This document shows, piece by piece, positions 1-9,012 of a DNA stretch of 64,000 nucleotides. The DNA comes from Candidatus Altimarinota bacterium (GTDB lineage Bacteria; Patescibacteriota; Gracilibacteria; CAIRYL01). Every line of letters starts with the position of its first letter. Position 1 is the first letter of the stretch. The notes beneath the pieces are model-generated. The model searched no databases, had not been told where the DNA came from, and was given only the letters and a program-made list of their open reading frames with translations. Position numbers and translations under genes: made by a program. The stretch is from NCBI GenBank assembly GCA_965250085.1, contig OZ252287.1:1184001-1248000 (forward strand), in the 5' to 3' direction.

Positions 1-284
1 TCTTGAGGAACATCGCCAATACTTGCCCTTCCTCCACCACCGATCAAACTTCCATATCCTATAATTGCCACGGGAGCATCGAGGCCCAATTGCTCAAATC
101 TAAGATTTATTTCATCTTCAAATTCTCTATACAGAGCTTCCGCAGGATATTGTTGAGATATTTTAGCAGAATCATGATCAAAGGATAGAAATCCCACATT
201 TTTTCTAATACGCTCAAGAAAATCCTCCTTTTGCGCTTCTTCCGGAGTGAGAATTAGCCGTTCCTGAATAGATTCATTTTTCAT
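1..284 (-). CDS. Gamma-glutamylcyclotransferase (GGCT/ChaC)-like protein, N-terminal part (runs off window start)
   Basis: Not in the ORF track. Manual translation from ATG at 284 gives MKNESIQERL...APVAIIGYGSLIGGGGRASIGDVPQ, open to the edge. IGYGSL matches the GGCT/ChaC GYGSL motif. Confidence 0.6.
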   Translation of the reverse strand, partial: MKNESIQERLILTPEEAQKEDFLERIRKNVGFLSFDHDSAKISQQYPAEALYREFEDEINLRFEQLGLDAPVAIIGYGSLIGGGGRASIGDVPQ

Positions 285-362
285 GATTTTGTATTATAAC
301 ATAAAAAATTAAATTTAGAAAGGAACTTCCCCACTTTTTTCTCTTATGCTAGGATATCTGCC

Positions 363-1718
363 GTGAATTTTTCCAAGTCATTTTCGGATCGGGTCACCAG
401 TATAAATGAGCTGGTGCAGTTTTATGTCACTTCTGCAATAGGTCAAGAGGACCTTCTAATGGGAGTGGAATGGGAGCGATTTGGTGTATACAAAGATTCA
501 CATGAAGGAGTGCCATATCTTGGAGAAAAGGGATATCTGAAAGTTCTCAAATATCTTCACCAAGAAAAAGGATGGGAAATAGAAGATGCTGACGGAGAGT
601 ATATTTTTACCCTCAAGAGAGGGGATTCACGGACTACTGTGGAAGGTGATGGGAAGCCAGAAATAAGTGCATCACCACATCATTCACTTCATGATGTCGC
701 GGATGAAATTATGCAGCATTCGGGCGAAATAGAAGAGATTTCACAAAAACTCGATATTGAATGGATAGCAGTGGGGCTCCAGCCCTTTTTGCGTCATGAC
801 CAGATTCCACTCGTGCCCAAAAAGAGATATGAGATGTGGGATCGCATTTTTCCAGATCATCAGGACTGGATGCATACCTATATGAAGGCTCTTTCAGGCA
901 TACACTTGAATTTTGACTATGTCAGTGAGAAAGATTTGATCTGTAAGGCTCAGGCTCTCTTTCGCCTTGCTCCTATCCTCGCTGCCATGTTTGCCAATAG
1001 CCCATTTGTGGAAGGAAAACCAGGAAAATGCTTAGGAATGCGACGTGGAAAAATGTTTCAGGGTGGTTTTGGGCAGGAGAAGATGATGAATGGAATCCTT
1101 GATAAAGATTTTTCTTTGAAAAAATGGATAGACTGGTATGTGGACCTTCCGGTTGTCATCTTTCCCTTTGATCAAGAGAGAGCCGTCCCTAAAAATTTTA
1201 CTTTTCGAAAATGGATGACAGAGGGATATGAAGGAAAATTCCCCACTTTTTTTGATTTTGATCAGCATCTCAAGACCCGTTGGACAGATATTAGATTTCG
1301 GCCTTCGTATATGGAACTCAGAGTCATTGACACCCTCCCCTTCCCACTCTTGATGTCAGCAACGGCTTTTATAAAAGGACTGCTTTTTGTCCCAGATGGA
1401 TGTAAGGAGATTGCTGACATAACACAAGGCTGGACAGAGCAGACCATTACAAAGCTCCATAGAGAAGGGTGTGACAAAGGCATGAAAGCTGAGACACATG
1501 GCGTAAGTATTTTGGAGATAGCAAGGCACCTCTTTGAAATTTCTCAAAAAAATCTTGAGAGATTTCATATCATGAATACGAAAGGACAGGCAGAAGATAT
1601 CTACTTAGAACCATTACAAAGACTCCTCCAGAAAGGAATTTCTCCAGCAGAAGATCTTCTGGAGTTTTCGAAGGGTGATCCTCATAAAACTGTAGAGTGG
1701 ATGAAGAAAGAATTCTAA
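363..1718 (+). CDS. gshA: Glutamate--cysteine ligase (GCS2, plant/alphaproteobacterial type)
   Basis: Motifs MGVEWERF, PEISASP, VPKKRYEM, IHLNFD, AMFANSPF, HLKTRWTDIRFRPSYMELR; 451 aa. Confidence 0.8.
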   Translation: MNFSKSFSDRVTSINELVQFYVTSAIGQEDLLMGVEWERFGVYKDSHEGVPYLGEKGYLKVLKYLHQEKGWEIEDADGEYIFTLKRGDSRTTVEGDGKPEISASPHHSLHDVADEIMQHSGEIEEISQKLDIEWIAVGLQPFLRHDQIPLVPKKRYEMWDRIFPDHQDWMHTYMKALSGIHLNFDYVSEKDLICKAQALFRLAPILAAMFANSPFVEGKPGKCLGMRRGKMFQGGFGQEKMMNGILDKDFSLKKWIDWYVDLPVVIFPFDQERAVPKNFTFRKWMTEGYEGKFPTFFDFDQHLKTRWTDIRFRPSYMELRVIDTLPFPLLMSATAFIKGLLFVPDGCKEIADITQGWTEQTITKLHREGCDKGMKAETHGVSILEIARHLFEISQKNLERFHIMNTKGQAEDIYLEPLQRLLQKGISPAEDLLEFSKGDPHKTVEWMKKEF

Positions 1719-1740
1719 AAAGTGGTAAGCAGAACAAGGA

Positions 1741-1770
1741 AATTACAAATGACAAATTACGAATTACGAA
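1741..1770 (+). repeat. Heptamer tandem repeat (AATKACR)x4
   Basis: aattaca aatgaca aattacg aattacg just after the gshA stop. Confidence 0.8.
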
Positions 1771-1868
1771 ATGAAGAACTTTTGACTTTCTGTCACAAAA
1801 TTGTCCCTTCGTGGTTCCATAATTTCTGTTTCTTGAAAGAAAGTAGGCAGTAGGCATTAAATGCATTG

Positions 1869-1904
1869 AAATACCCCCTCCAGCTCCCCCTGCAAGGGGG
1901 AGGG
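1869..1904. repeat. Short C/G-run palindromic repeat (family A), possible bidirectional terminator
   Basis: accccctccagctccccctgcaagggggaggg between convergent genes. A related inverted copy lies at 24956-24990 and a similar core at 21901-21935. Confidence 0.65.
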
Positions 1905-1908
1905 TTTT

Positions 1909-2529
1909 TTAAGTAAAAAACACAAAAAGCTCTACAAATGTCGCTAGGTAATTTGCCATGGGGACCAATATTTTTTCAAAAATTCTGATACCAAATATAA
2001 ACTGAACCCCCAACAATCCAAAAAGAAGAAGAGGACCATACGGGTAAAACTCATTGTAGGTTCTCCGAAATTTTTGCGGAATAAAAAGCCTCAAAATCTT
2101 TTCTCCGTCCAGAGGAAAGATGGGGAGAAGATTAAAGACCGCTAAAAAAATATTGATCAGAAACATGACACTCATGAGCTCATTTACCCACAGTGACATA
2201 TCGACCGTAAAATGCCATATATACCGCGTGAGAATTGCGAGCAGTATATTAGAAAGTGGTCCTGCTGCTGCTACCAATGCCATATCCAGTCGAGGATGAG
2301 AAAAGTTTTTTGGATTTATTGGCACTGGCTTTGCCCAGCCAAAATGTACGATGAGGAGAAAGAGAAGACCGGATATGTCTAAGTGCTTCAGGGGATTCAG
2401 GCTAATGCGGCCTTCATATTTTGCCGTGGGATCTCCCAAGAGATACGCACTCAGGGCATGAGAGGCTTCATGCACCGAAACAGAAAGGGCAAAGGTAAGA
2501 ATCCAGAAGAATGTAAGCGTAATTTCCAT
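1909..2529 (-). CDS. Site-2 protease family (M50) membrane zinc metalloprotease
   Basis: HEASH, GWAKPVPIN, AGPLSN and FNLLPIFPLDG motifs. Confidence 0.93.
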   Translation of the reverse strand: MEITLTFFWILTFALSVSVHEASHALSAYLLGDPTAKYEGRISLNPLKHLDISGLLFLLIVHFGWAKPVPINPKNFSHPRLDMALVAAAGPLSNILLAILTRYIWHFTVDMSLWVNELMSVMFLINIFLAVFNLLPIFPLDGEKILRLFIPQKFRRTYNEFYPYGPLLLFGLLGVQFIFGIRIFEKILVPMANYLATFVELFVFFT

Positions 2530-2587
2530 TGACCAGGCACATAGAATATGAAAGAATCCTCCGGCATTATTTCACTCAAATTTGTAG

Positions 2588-2830
2588 ATGGCAAAAATAT
2601 GTCACATATCGGGCACAAAACCATCATCCGGACACAATGTATCGCATTCTGTGCGTCGTACAAAGCGAAGATTCCTTCCCAATCTCCAATGGAAGAAGAT
2701 CTGGGATCCGGTAAAGAAACAATTTGTTCGCGTACGCATTTCTGCCAAAGCCCTGAGAACCATCAATAAACCACTTACAAAAAGAGAACAAGCACGAATG
2801 GAACGGAAACTCGAAAGTAAAGCTCAATAA
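2588..2830 (+). CDS. rpmB: 50S ribosomal protein L28
   Basis: [34 protein letters not shown]. Confidence 0.96.
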   Translation: MAKICHISGTKPSSGHNVSHSVRRTKRRFLPNLQWKKIWDPVKKQFVRVRISAKALRTINKPLTKREQARMERKLESKAQ

Positions 2831-2852
2831 TTTCCATCATAGAAAAAGCAAT

Positions 2853-2969
2853 TGTCATCCCGGACTTGATCCGGGATCTCTATTTACCTGATAAACTAAT
2901 TTGGGAGACAGAATCTATCCTTTTGTGTATTTCAGAATCTCGAGATTCTGAAACAAATTCAGCATAACA
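2853..2969. repeat. Pair of inverted REP-like elements (TGTCAT...ATCT family)
   Basis: tgtcatcccggacttgatccgggatctc at 2853-2880; inverted tgttatgctgaatttgtttcagaatctc at 2942-2969; perfect palindrome tttcagaatctcgagattctgaaa at 2930-2953. Confidence 0.65.
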
Positions 2970-3023
2970 AAATACGTTTTTGTATTTTCCTTAAAGCGAT
3001 GATCATATATCATTTCTTGGCGC

Positions 3024-3113
3024 GGAGAGGTGGCAGAGTGGTCGATCGCGCACGCTTGGAAAGCGTGTAAGGTAGCAATATCTTCACGGGTTCGAATCCC
3101 GTCCTCTCCGCCA
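3024..3113 (+). tRNA. tRNA-Ser(GGA)
   Basis: GGAGAGG/CCTCTCC acceptor stem, CACGC-TTGGAAA-GCGTG anticodon arm, long variable arm, GGTTCGAATCC T-loop, encoded CCA. Confidence 0.97.
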
Positions 3114-3236
3114 GTACGTGCACTAATGGCATGTTTGCATCCGTGATATCGCATATTCATGCGGCTTTTTCGTATTCTTAGGAAGTCTTTTTGGGACCTG
3201 CTCAATGCGTATTTTACAAATTCTTTGAATCCTTAG

Positions 3237-3767
3237 ATGGTGAAGAAGGGAGAAGGTGCATTGAATGAAATTGAAAATAAAGATACAAAAATCGGTATTT
3301 TAAAAATGCAACTCGGAGATGCAAAAAGCAATCTTGAGGCAGTTTTGCAATATCAAGATAATAGTGTTCAAGTATCACAAAAAGAGTTAAAAATACAAAA
3401 GCCATTTAATCTTTGCGTTTTGGGCGAAGTCGTAGATGAAAACTCAATTAAACAAGAATTGAATAATTATTTTTTGAAATATGGAGTTAATGCAACAGAT
3501 TGGAATATTGATTTTTTCAATAATGTAAAACTTCGCAATAGTGATATTGTGAGTAAGTTAAAAAAGGGGCAAAGTAAATACAGTTTAGTAATTACAGCTC
3601 AAATCCATCATCATTCTGGAAAAGGAAATACAAGTGCAAATCTTTTGACAGAATTAAAGAATGAAAAATATGTTGACCATATTGTTGGCTGTTCGCCAAA
3701 AAGTAAATTGACAGTTGATAATATTTTAACTGAACTTGATAAGTATTTATCTAAAGATAGTAATTAA
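3237..3767 (+). CDS. Hypothetical protein, probably a 5'-truncated fragment (coiled coil plus alpha/beta domain)
   Basis: 176-aa low-GC ORF at the island start; no recognised motif. Confidence 0.55.
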   Translation: MVKKGEGALNEIENKDTKIGILKMQLGDAKSNLEAVLQYQDNSVQVSQKELKIQKPFNLCVLGEVVDENSIKQELNNYFLKYGVNATDWNIDFFNNVKLRNSDIVSKLKKGQSKYSLVITAQIHHHSGKGNTSANLLTELKNEKYVDHIVGCSPKSKLTVDNILTELDKYLSKDSN

Positions 3768-3769
3768 AG

Positions 3770-3858
3770 GGAGTTTCGTTTGCGCGCGCATTGGGTGGGT
3801 TGGGGTAAGCGCAATATGATTTGCTTATGCCAAGCGTTAGTTTGGCATGATCCGCTTT
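3770..3858 (+). repeat. ~90-bp structured repeat, copy 1
   Basis: Roughly 80% identical by manual alignment to 8555-8642; both copies start within a few bases of a stop codon. Confidence 0.85.
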
Positions 3859-3956
3859 TATAGAGTTGCTACAAACTCGAACGAAGTCACTGAGCGAACA
3901 CACGAAAGCGCCGTAGTAGCCACAGGAACGAGGTAGCTCGTGAATGAGCAATACGC

Positions 3957-4100
3957 AGGCCATATACCATTACGAAGCTTCTGGCGAATACCCCTCCTTA
4001 TATTTTCCGAAAGATTATCAACATAGTATTTCGATTGTCCAAAAGTGATATTGAGCATGAACTTTCCTTGTGGAGTGGAATCAAACCAAAAAGTTGGGAA
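3957..4100 (-). pseudogene. Large serine recombinase fragment
   Basis: FPTFWFDSTPQGKFMLNITFGQSKYYVDNLSENIRRGIRQKLRNGIWP matches the resolvase helix-E region. The catalytic N-terminus and the recombinase/zinc-ribbon domains are missing. Confidence 0.8.
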
Positions 4101-4217
4101 TTTTATGGTTTTGTTTTCGTCGCTTCCTTTGAAAAATTCAAAAAATTCGGTATGATTAAGATACAAAGTTTTCATACTTTATATTATAATCTATGTATCA
4201 AATTATACAATACCACT

Positions 4218-4415
4218 ATGAGCATTGCGAATAATTTAAAAAAGATCCGTGCCGAAAAGGGCTATCCTCTTGAAAAGATCGCCCGTCTTGCTGATTTATC
4301 GCTTAGTACGGTTGTAAAAGTAGCAGACGGCACGAACCAAAATCCAACGATTGATACCCTAACTAAAATCGCCAAAGCTCTTGAGATTGGTGTTGATGAT
4401 TTAATACAGAAATAA
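4218..4415 (+). CDS. XRE-family HTH regulator (possible RM controller protein)
   Basis: MSIANNLKKIRAEKG...NPTIDTLTKIAKALEIGVDDLI; ends 11 bp before the RM gene. Confidence 0.9.
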   Translation: MSIANNLKKIRAEKGYPLEKIARLADLSLSTVVKVADGTNQNPTIDTLTKIAKALEIGVDDLIQK

Positions 4416-4426
4416 ATATTAAAACT

Positions 4427-6448
4427 ATGACAATACAAATTCAACAAAAAGACGGCAAAATTTACAGTCCAATTCGCGACAAGTGGCTTGTGGAAACGCC
4501 AGAAGAAAAAGTGCGACAAGAATTTGTCGTGGTATTGATGAGTCAATATGGATATGACACAGCGCAACTTGGTGAGGAAGAAAAAACGGAGCGAGGAAGA
4601 GGAAGTTCGCGCGCCGACATTACTATTTATAAATCAAAAGAATCCAAAGACAAGAAAGAACCTCCGTTTATCGTGATTGAGTGCAAATCGGACAATGTCA
4701 AAGTTTCCGAAAGAGATTATGCACAAGGCGAATCTTACGCACGAGCCATGCAAGCGCCGTTTTTTGTAACTCACAACAGCCACGAAACAAAGTATTGGAA
4801 AGTTTTGACCGACAAAATCCCTGGACATTTGCAAGAGATTGAGGATATTCCCAAAGCAAACGCCACCGAAAAGCAAATTCAAGAAATTCTCAAAAAACTG
4901 AAAGTTTTTAAAGAAAACGAATTTGCCGACCTCTTACATAGTTGCCACAACATCATCCGTGACCGCGAGGCAGCGAGTGCAGATCTAGCGTTCGATGAAA
5001 TTGCCAAAATTCTTTTTATGAAAGTGTATGCAGAAAGAAGTTTAAAGGCAGAAATGAAAGAAAATATTTTTACTCTTAAATGGGTTGAACAAGCGGAACA
5101 ATTTACATCAAACTTTTTAGATAAAACATTTGAAGATACTAAAAAAGATTTTGGCAAAGACAAAATTTTTCTACCTGATGAAAAATTAAAGCTAAAACCA
5201 GCAACAATAAAAGCAATCATTCAAAAACTTGAAGTTTATAATCTTTCTGCAACATCGGAAGACATCAAAGGAATTGCTTTTGAGCGATTTTTAGGCAAAA
5301 CATTTCGCGGTGATCTTGGTGGTTTTTTCACACCACGAAGCATTGTAGAATTTATGGTGCACATGGTTGAGCCAAAAGAGGGCGAAAAAGTTTGCGACCC
5401 TGCCAGTGGTTCGGGCGGTTTCTTGATTCGCTTTTTTGAAATGGTACGCGAGCAGATTCACGAAGATGAAAACAAAAAATATAAAAAAGAAGTAGCAAAA
5501 ATTGAGAAACAAAACATTTCAGAAGAAGAAAAAGCAAAGCTCCAAACAGAAGCGTTTGAAAAAATGCAAAACGCGCTTGATAAAGAAACGGAAGACTCTC
5601 GCATTTGGAAATTGTCGCACGATTATATTTTTGGCACGGACAAAAACGAGCGAATGGCACGCACTAGCAAAATGAATATGATTATGCACGGAGACGGACA
5701 TGGTGGCATACATCATCACGACGGCTTCAAAAATGTGAATGGAATTCAAAATGGCGAGTTTGATATTATTCTTGCTAATCCGCCGTTTGGTGCAACAGTG
5801 CGGGAAAAAGATGTTTTGGAATTGTATGACTTGCCAAAATCAAAATCTATCAAAACAGAAACGCTTTTCGTGGAGCGGTGTTTGAATTTACTCAAAGACG
5901 TCGGACGAATGGGAATTGTTTTGCCCGAGGGTATTTTTAACAATCCAAACGCACTTTTTGTTCGTCAATTTGCCGAAGACAGGGCATTTTTGCAAGCAGT
6001 TATTTCACTTCCACCAGAAACTTTTAATTCTGCGGGAGCAAGTGTAAAAACTAGTTTGCTTTTCTTGCAGAAATTTACTGAAAAAGAAAGTCAACAGTGG
6101 CAAGAACTATTGCAAACACGGAAAGATGAAGTTTTAACGGAGCAAGAAAAAGAGCGAGGGAAATTGGATAAAGTTATAAAAGATAAGAAGGCGGACAAGG
6201 ATGAAAAGAAAGAAGCACGAACAAAACTCAAAGAACTGGACAAACAAGTAGATGAAAAAAGTCGCAAGCGAGCACGGGTGGATTTTGATTATCCAATTTT
6301 TATGGCGGAAGCGGAAAAAGTCGGCATTACCGCCGCGGGAGAGACTGGCGACAACGTGCCAAACGAACTACCAAAAATTTTGGAGCAATTTAAAACATAC
6401 AAAAAAGATCCGCAAAAGTTTTCAGAAAATTTAAAAAATGAGAAATGA
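4427..6448 (+). CDS. Fused restriction endonuclease (HsdR_N-like) and N6-adenine methyltransferase, Type IIB/IIG-like
   Basis: N-terminal TPEEKVRQ...RADI...IECK nuclease motif; GGFFTPRSIV, DPASGSGGF and ANPPFG MTase motifs. Confidence 0.9.
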   Translation: MTIQIQQKDGKIYSPIRDKWLVETPEEKVRQEFVVVLMSQYGYDTAQLGEEEKTERGRGSSRADITIYKSKESKDKKEPPFIVIECKSDNVKVSERDYAQGESYARAMQAPFFVTHNSHETKYWKVLTDKIPGHLQEIEDIPKANATEKQIQEILKKLKVFKENEFADLLHSCHNIIRDREAASADLAFDEIAKILFMKVYAERSLKAEMKENIFTLKWVEQAEQFTSNFLDKTFEDTKKDFGKDKIFLPDEKLKLKPATIKAIIQKLEVYNLSATSEDIKGIAFERFLGKTFRGDLGGFFTPRSIVEFMVHMVEPKEGEKVCDPASGSGGFLIRFFEMVREQIHEDENKKYKKEVAKIEKQNISEEEKAKLQTEAFEKMQNALDKETEDSRIWKLSHDYIFGTDKNERMARTSKMNMIMHGDGHGGIHHHDGFKNVNGIQNGEFDIILANPPFGATVREKDVLELYDLPKSKSIKTETLFVERCLNLLKDVGRMGIVLPEGIFNNPNALFVRQFAEDRAFLQAVISLPPETFNSAGASVKTSLLFLQKFTEKESQQWQELLQTRKDEVLTEQEKERGKLDKVIKDKKADKDEKKEARTKLKELDKQVDEKSRKRARVDFDYPIFMAEAEKVGITAAGETGDNVPNELPKILEQFKTYKKDPQKFSENLKNEK

Positions 6449-7782
6449 AAACAGTAATTGCTAAGTACAAAGACCTTACACGCTGGGATGTTAAGAGCTT
6501 CCTTGCGAGTAGTTTTATATCGAGCAAAGAGGCTTTGCTTCCGATTTCTAGCTTTTTAGAACAAAGAAAGAAGGTATTTGATGATAATGAGCTTCCAATA
6601 ATGCTTTCTGTACATTTTGGTGGCACTATTTCGGAGAGAAAGCGAAAAGCAATTAGAGGTCGATTATTTGTTGCTCATGCAGAAGATTTTGTTTTTTCAA
6701 AAATTGACGCCCGTAATGGAGCTTTGTGCATGATCCCAGAACAATATGAACAGGTAGCATTTACCTCCGAATTTCCGATATATAAACTCAAGAGTGAGTG
6801 GAGAACCAAGGTATCACTACAATATTTGAAATTAGTCTTACTTTCTCCTTTATTTTTAGAGATTTTAAATTCTCTTGTCAGCGGAGCAAGTGGTAGAAAA
6901 AGAATTACACCAGATCAGTTTGAGAATATAAAAATCCCGATTCCTGACATTAAAACTCAGCAAAAAATTGTTGCTGATTTCCACAAAGCCAAAACGCAAG
7001 CTGAAAGATTACAAGTAAGGGCAGAGAAAAAAGAAAAGCAAATTGACGAATTTTTAATGCGCGAGCTTGGTATAGGAAAAATCGAACATAAAAAGAAAGA
7101 GGGTGCGTTTGTGGTGAATTTCAAAGATTTGGAGAGGTGGGGAGTAGGATTTGCTTCATGGGATTGGACATTAGATAATTTGTTATTTTCCAAAAAATTT
7201 GAACTTAAAAAGATTTCTCAAGTTGCTGTTGTTAATCCTGAATTTGTTTTTACTGCTGATGAAAAAAAACAAGATATATCATTTATTCCAATGGAATCTG
7301 TATCAAATAAGCATGGACAAATTGTAAAAACTGAAATTAAGAAATTTGAAAGTGTTTTTAGTGGATATACGAAATTTAGAGAAGGAAATATAATTTTTGC
7401 AAAGATTACTCCTTGTATGCAAAATGGAAAATGTGCAGTAGCAAAAAATCTTAAAAACAATATAGGCGTTGGCTCAACAGAATTTCATGTTATAAAGTTA
7501 AATGAAAACATTATTATTGCAGAATTTTTATGGAATATTTTAAGAAGTAATACTCTTAAGGAATCTGCACAAAGATTTTTTATTGGTTCTGCTGGACAGC
7601 AGCGTGTACCAGATTCTTTTTTGAAGGAATTAAAAATTCCTCTCCCTCCGCTATCCAAGCAAAAACAAATCGTCGAAAAGGTGGAAAAAATGCGTGAAGA
7701 AGTACAAAAACTCCGTACAGAATCTGCTGATATTTTGCAATCGGCAAAAAGCAGTCTACAAAGCGTAATTGTTGGAAAATAA
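6445..7782 (+). CDS. hsdS: Restriction-modification specificity (S) subunit with two TRDs
   Basis: Two repeats ending IKIPIPDIKTQQKIV and LKIPLPPLSKQKQIV; AKITPCMQNGK; ATGA overlap with the upstream gene. Confidence 0.9.
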   Translation: MKTVIAKYKDLTRWDVKSFLASSFISSKEALLPISSFLEQRKKVFDDNELPIMLSVHFGGTISERKRKAIRGRLFVAHAEDFVFSKIDARNGALCMIPEQYEQVAFTSEFPIYKLKSEWRTKVSLQYLKLVLLSPLFLEILNSLVSGASGRKRITPDQFENIKIPIPDIKTQQKIVADFHKAKTQAERLQVRAEKKEKQIDEFLMRELGIGKIEHKKKEGAFVVNFKDLERWGVGFASWDWTLDNLLFSKKFELKKISQVAVVNPEFVFTADEKKQDISFIPMESVSNKHGQIVKTEIKKFESVFSGYTKFREGNIIFAKITPCMQNGKCAVAKNLKNNIGVGSTEFHVIKLNENIIIAEFLWNILRSNTLKESAQRFFIGSAGQQRVPDSFLKELKIPLPPLSKQKQIVEKVEKMREEVQKLRTESADILQSAKSSLQSVIVGK

Positions 7783-7794
7783 CTTTTAAAAAAG

Positions 7795-8550
7795 ATGCTC
7801 TCAGATGAATTTATAAAAAATGAGATAAAATTATTTACTGACCTTGGAGATAGACTGGGCGGTGAAGTCTCATCTTGTAAAAAGTTCATCAAAGAGAGCA
7901 ATCACTCACAAATAGAGAAAGAATGGATGTCTGGTGTTATGAAATCATGTAATTACGGAGCCTTCCTTATTAAATTACTACTTGCATCTATTGACGAATA
8001 CAAACACCTCCCTGAAGAACAATTTGGGTTATATACAGGTAAAATTGCCATTCAACCTTTTTTGGAAATCATCAATTCCTTTGAACAAATACTTAATAAA
8101 CATACTGATGGAAATGATAGCCTAAAGAGTTTGTTGGAAGATCGAATAAACAAGAAAGTGGAAATACTAAATAAACAATTTACTGGAACAAGTGGAGAAA
8201 CGAAAAAATTCAAGGATAATCTCATTAAACAGCTCAAGATGAAAATTCATGAAATGGCTTTTGTTCGGGATACATTGCATAAGCATGAGATTATTGATGC
8301 GACTGATCGTGATATTTTAAATTTTGCATGGAACATTAGAAATTCAATGCACAATAATTTCTGTGCAATTAGAGATATTGATTTTACTTATCCAGACATC
8401 AAAACAAGGAGGGAATATCATTGGAAATTTTCTAAAGGCGAGGAATTATCTCATCCGACAGGTGATTTGATCGGATTTTATATTATTATAGAACAGATCA
8501 TTTTTATTCTACTGAAAGTTCTCCAAGGAGAGGATACTGAGACAGAATAG
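7795..8550 (+). CDS. Hypothetical all-helical protein, possible HEPN-like nuclease
   Basis: WNIRNSMHNN resembles a HEPN R-x-H motif (short spacing); operonic with the RM genes. Confidence 0.5.
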   Translation: MLSDEFIKNEIKLFTDLGDRLGGEVSSCKKFIKESNHSQIEKEWMSGVMKSCNYGAFLIKLLLASIDEYKHLPEEQFGLYTGKIAIQPFLEIINSFEQILNKHTDGNDSLKSLLEDRINKKVEILNKQFTGTSGETKKFKDNLIKQLKMKIHEMAFVRDTLHKHEIIDATDRDILNFAWNIRNSMHNNFCAIRDIDFTYPDIKTRREYHWKFSKGEELSHPTGDLIGFYIIIEQIIFILLKVLQGEDTETE

Positions 8551-8554
8551 TGAT

Positions 8555-8642
8555 GGAGCTTCGTTTGCACGCACATTAGGTGGGTGGGGCAAACGCAATA
8601 TGATGTGTTTGTGCCATCCGTTAGTTTGGCACAATCCGTTTT
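8555..8642 (+). repeat. ~90-bp structured repeat, copy 2
   Basis: See 3770-3858. Confidence 0.85.
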
Positions 8643-8953
8643 TCTTTCCGCACAATTACCACAAAACTCTCATTGAAGCCGATAAGCGAGTCACGAGAAC
8701 GCTGACGAGGCATACGAGCGATAGCGAGTGCCAATCGGAAGCGTTTCTCGTGAACGAGCGGACTATAAAGTTACCACAGAGTGTCGGGGGAGGCGCGCAG
8801 AGTTCTCATTACCATGAAAACCCGAATGCGTACGCAGAAGTACAAAGCCACCACGCGCTCGGCGCGTGCGAAGTTAATCAAAATCCTGCGGATTTTGTTC
8901 ATACAATGTTCGAACTTCGTCCAGAAAACACCGCCAGTACGTGCACTACTGGG

Positions 8954-8997
8954 GCTTTTTCGATTTGAGCGTAGGTGACATCGACTATGTTTGGCAT
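8954..8997 (+). repeat. ~45-bp direct repeat, left flank of the fic gene
   Basis: gctttttcgatttgagcgtaggtgacatcgactatgtttggcat versus gctttttccgatttgggagtaggtgacatccactatgtttggcat at 10230-10274. Confidence 0.85.
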
Positions 8998-9012
8998 ATG
9001 TTTTTAAAAGTA

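Larger units (their letters stand above)
3108..8948. mobile_element. Decayed genomic island integrated at the tRNA-Ser 3' end (defence cargo)
   Basis: 18-bp direct repeat ccgccagtacgtgcacta at 3108-3125 (tRNA end) and 8931-8948; contains a recombinase relic and RM genes. Confidence 0.85.

Noticed and set aside
252-267. 16-bp exact match aattagccgttcctga, also at 27552-27567
   Set aside because: One 16-mer match is about what chance predicts in 64 kb; the contexts are unrelated (coding versus intergenic).
2915-3205. 96-aa minus-strand ORF
   Set aside because: Antisense translation of tRNA-Ser and REP sequence.
3770-8642. Integron attC sites
   Set aside because: No matching RYYYAAC/GTTRRRY pair and no integron integrase; kept only as an unclassified structured repeat.
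8600-8968. 122-aa plus-strand ORF
   Set aside because: Runs across the structured repeat, hairpins and att site; no protein-like features.
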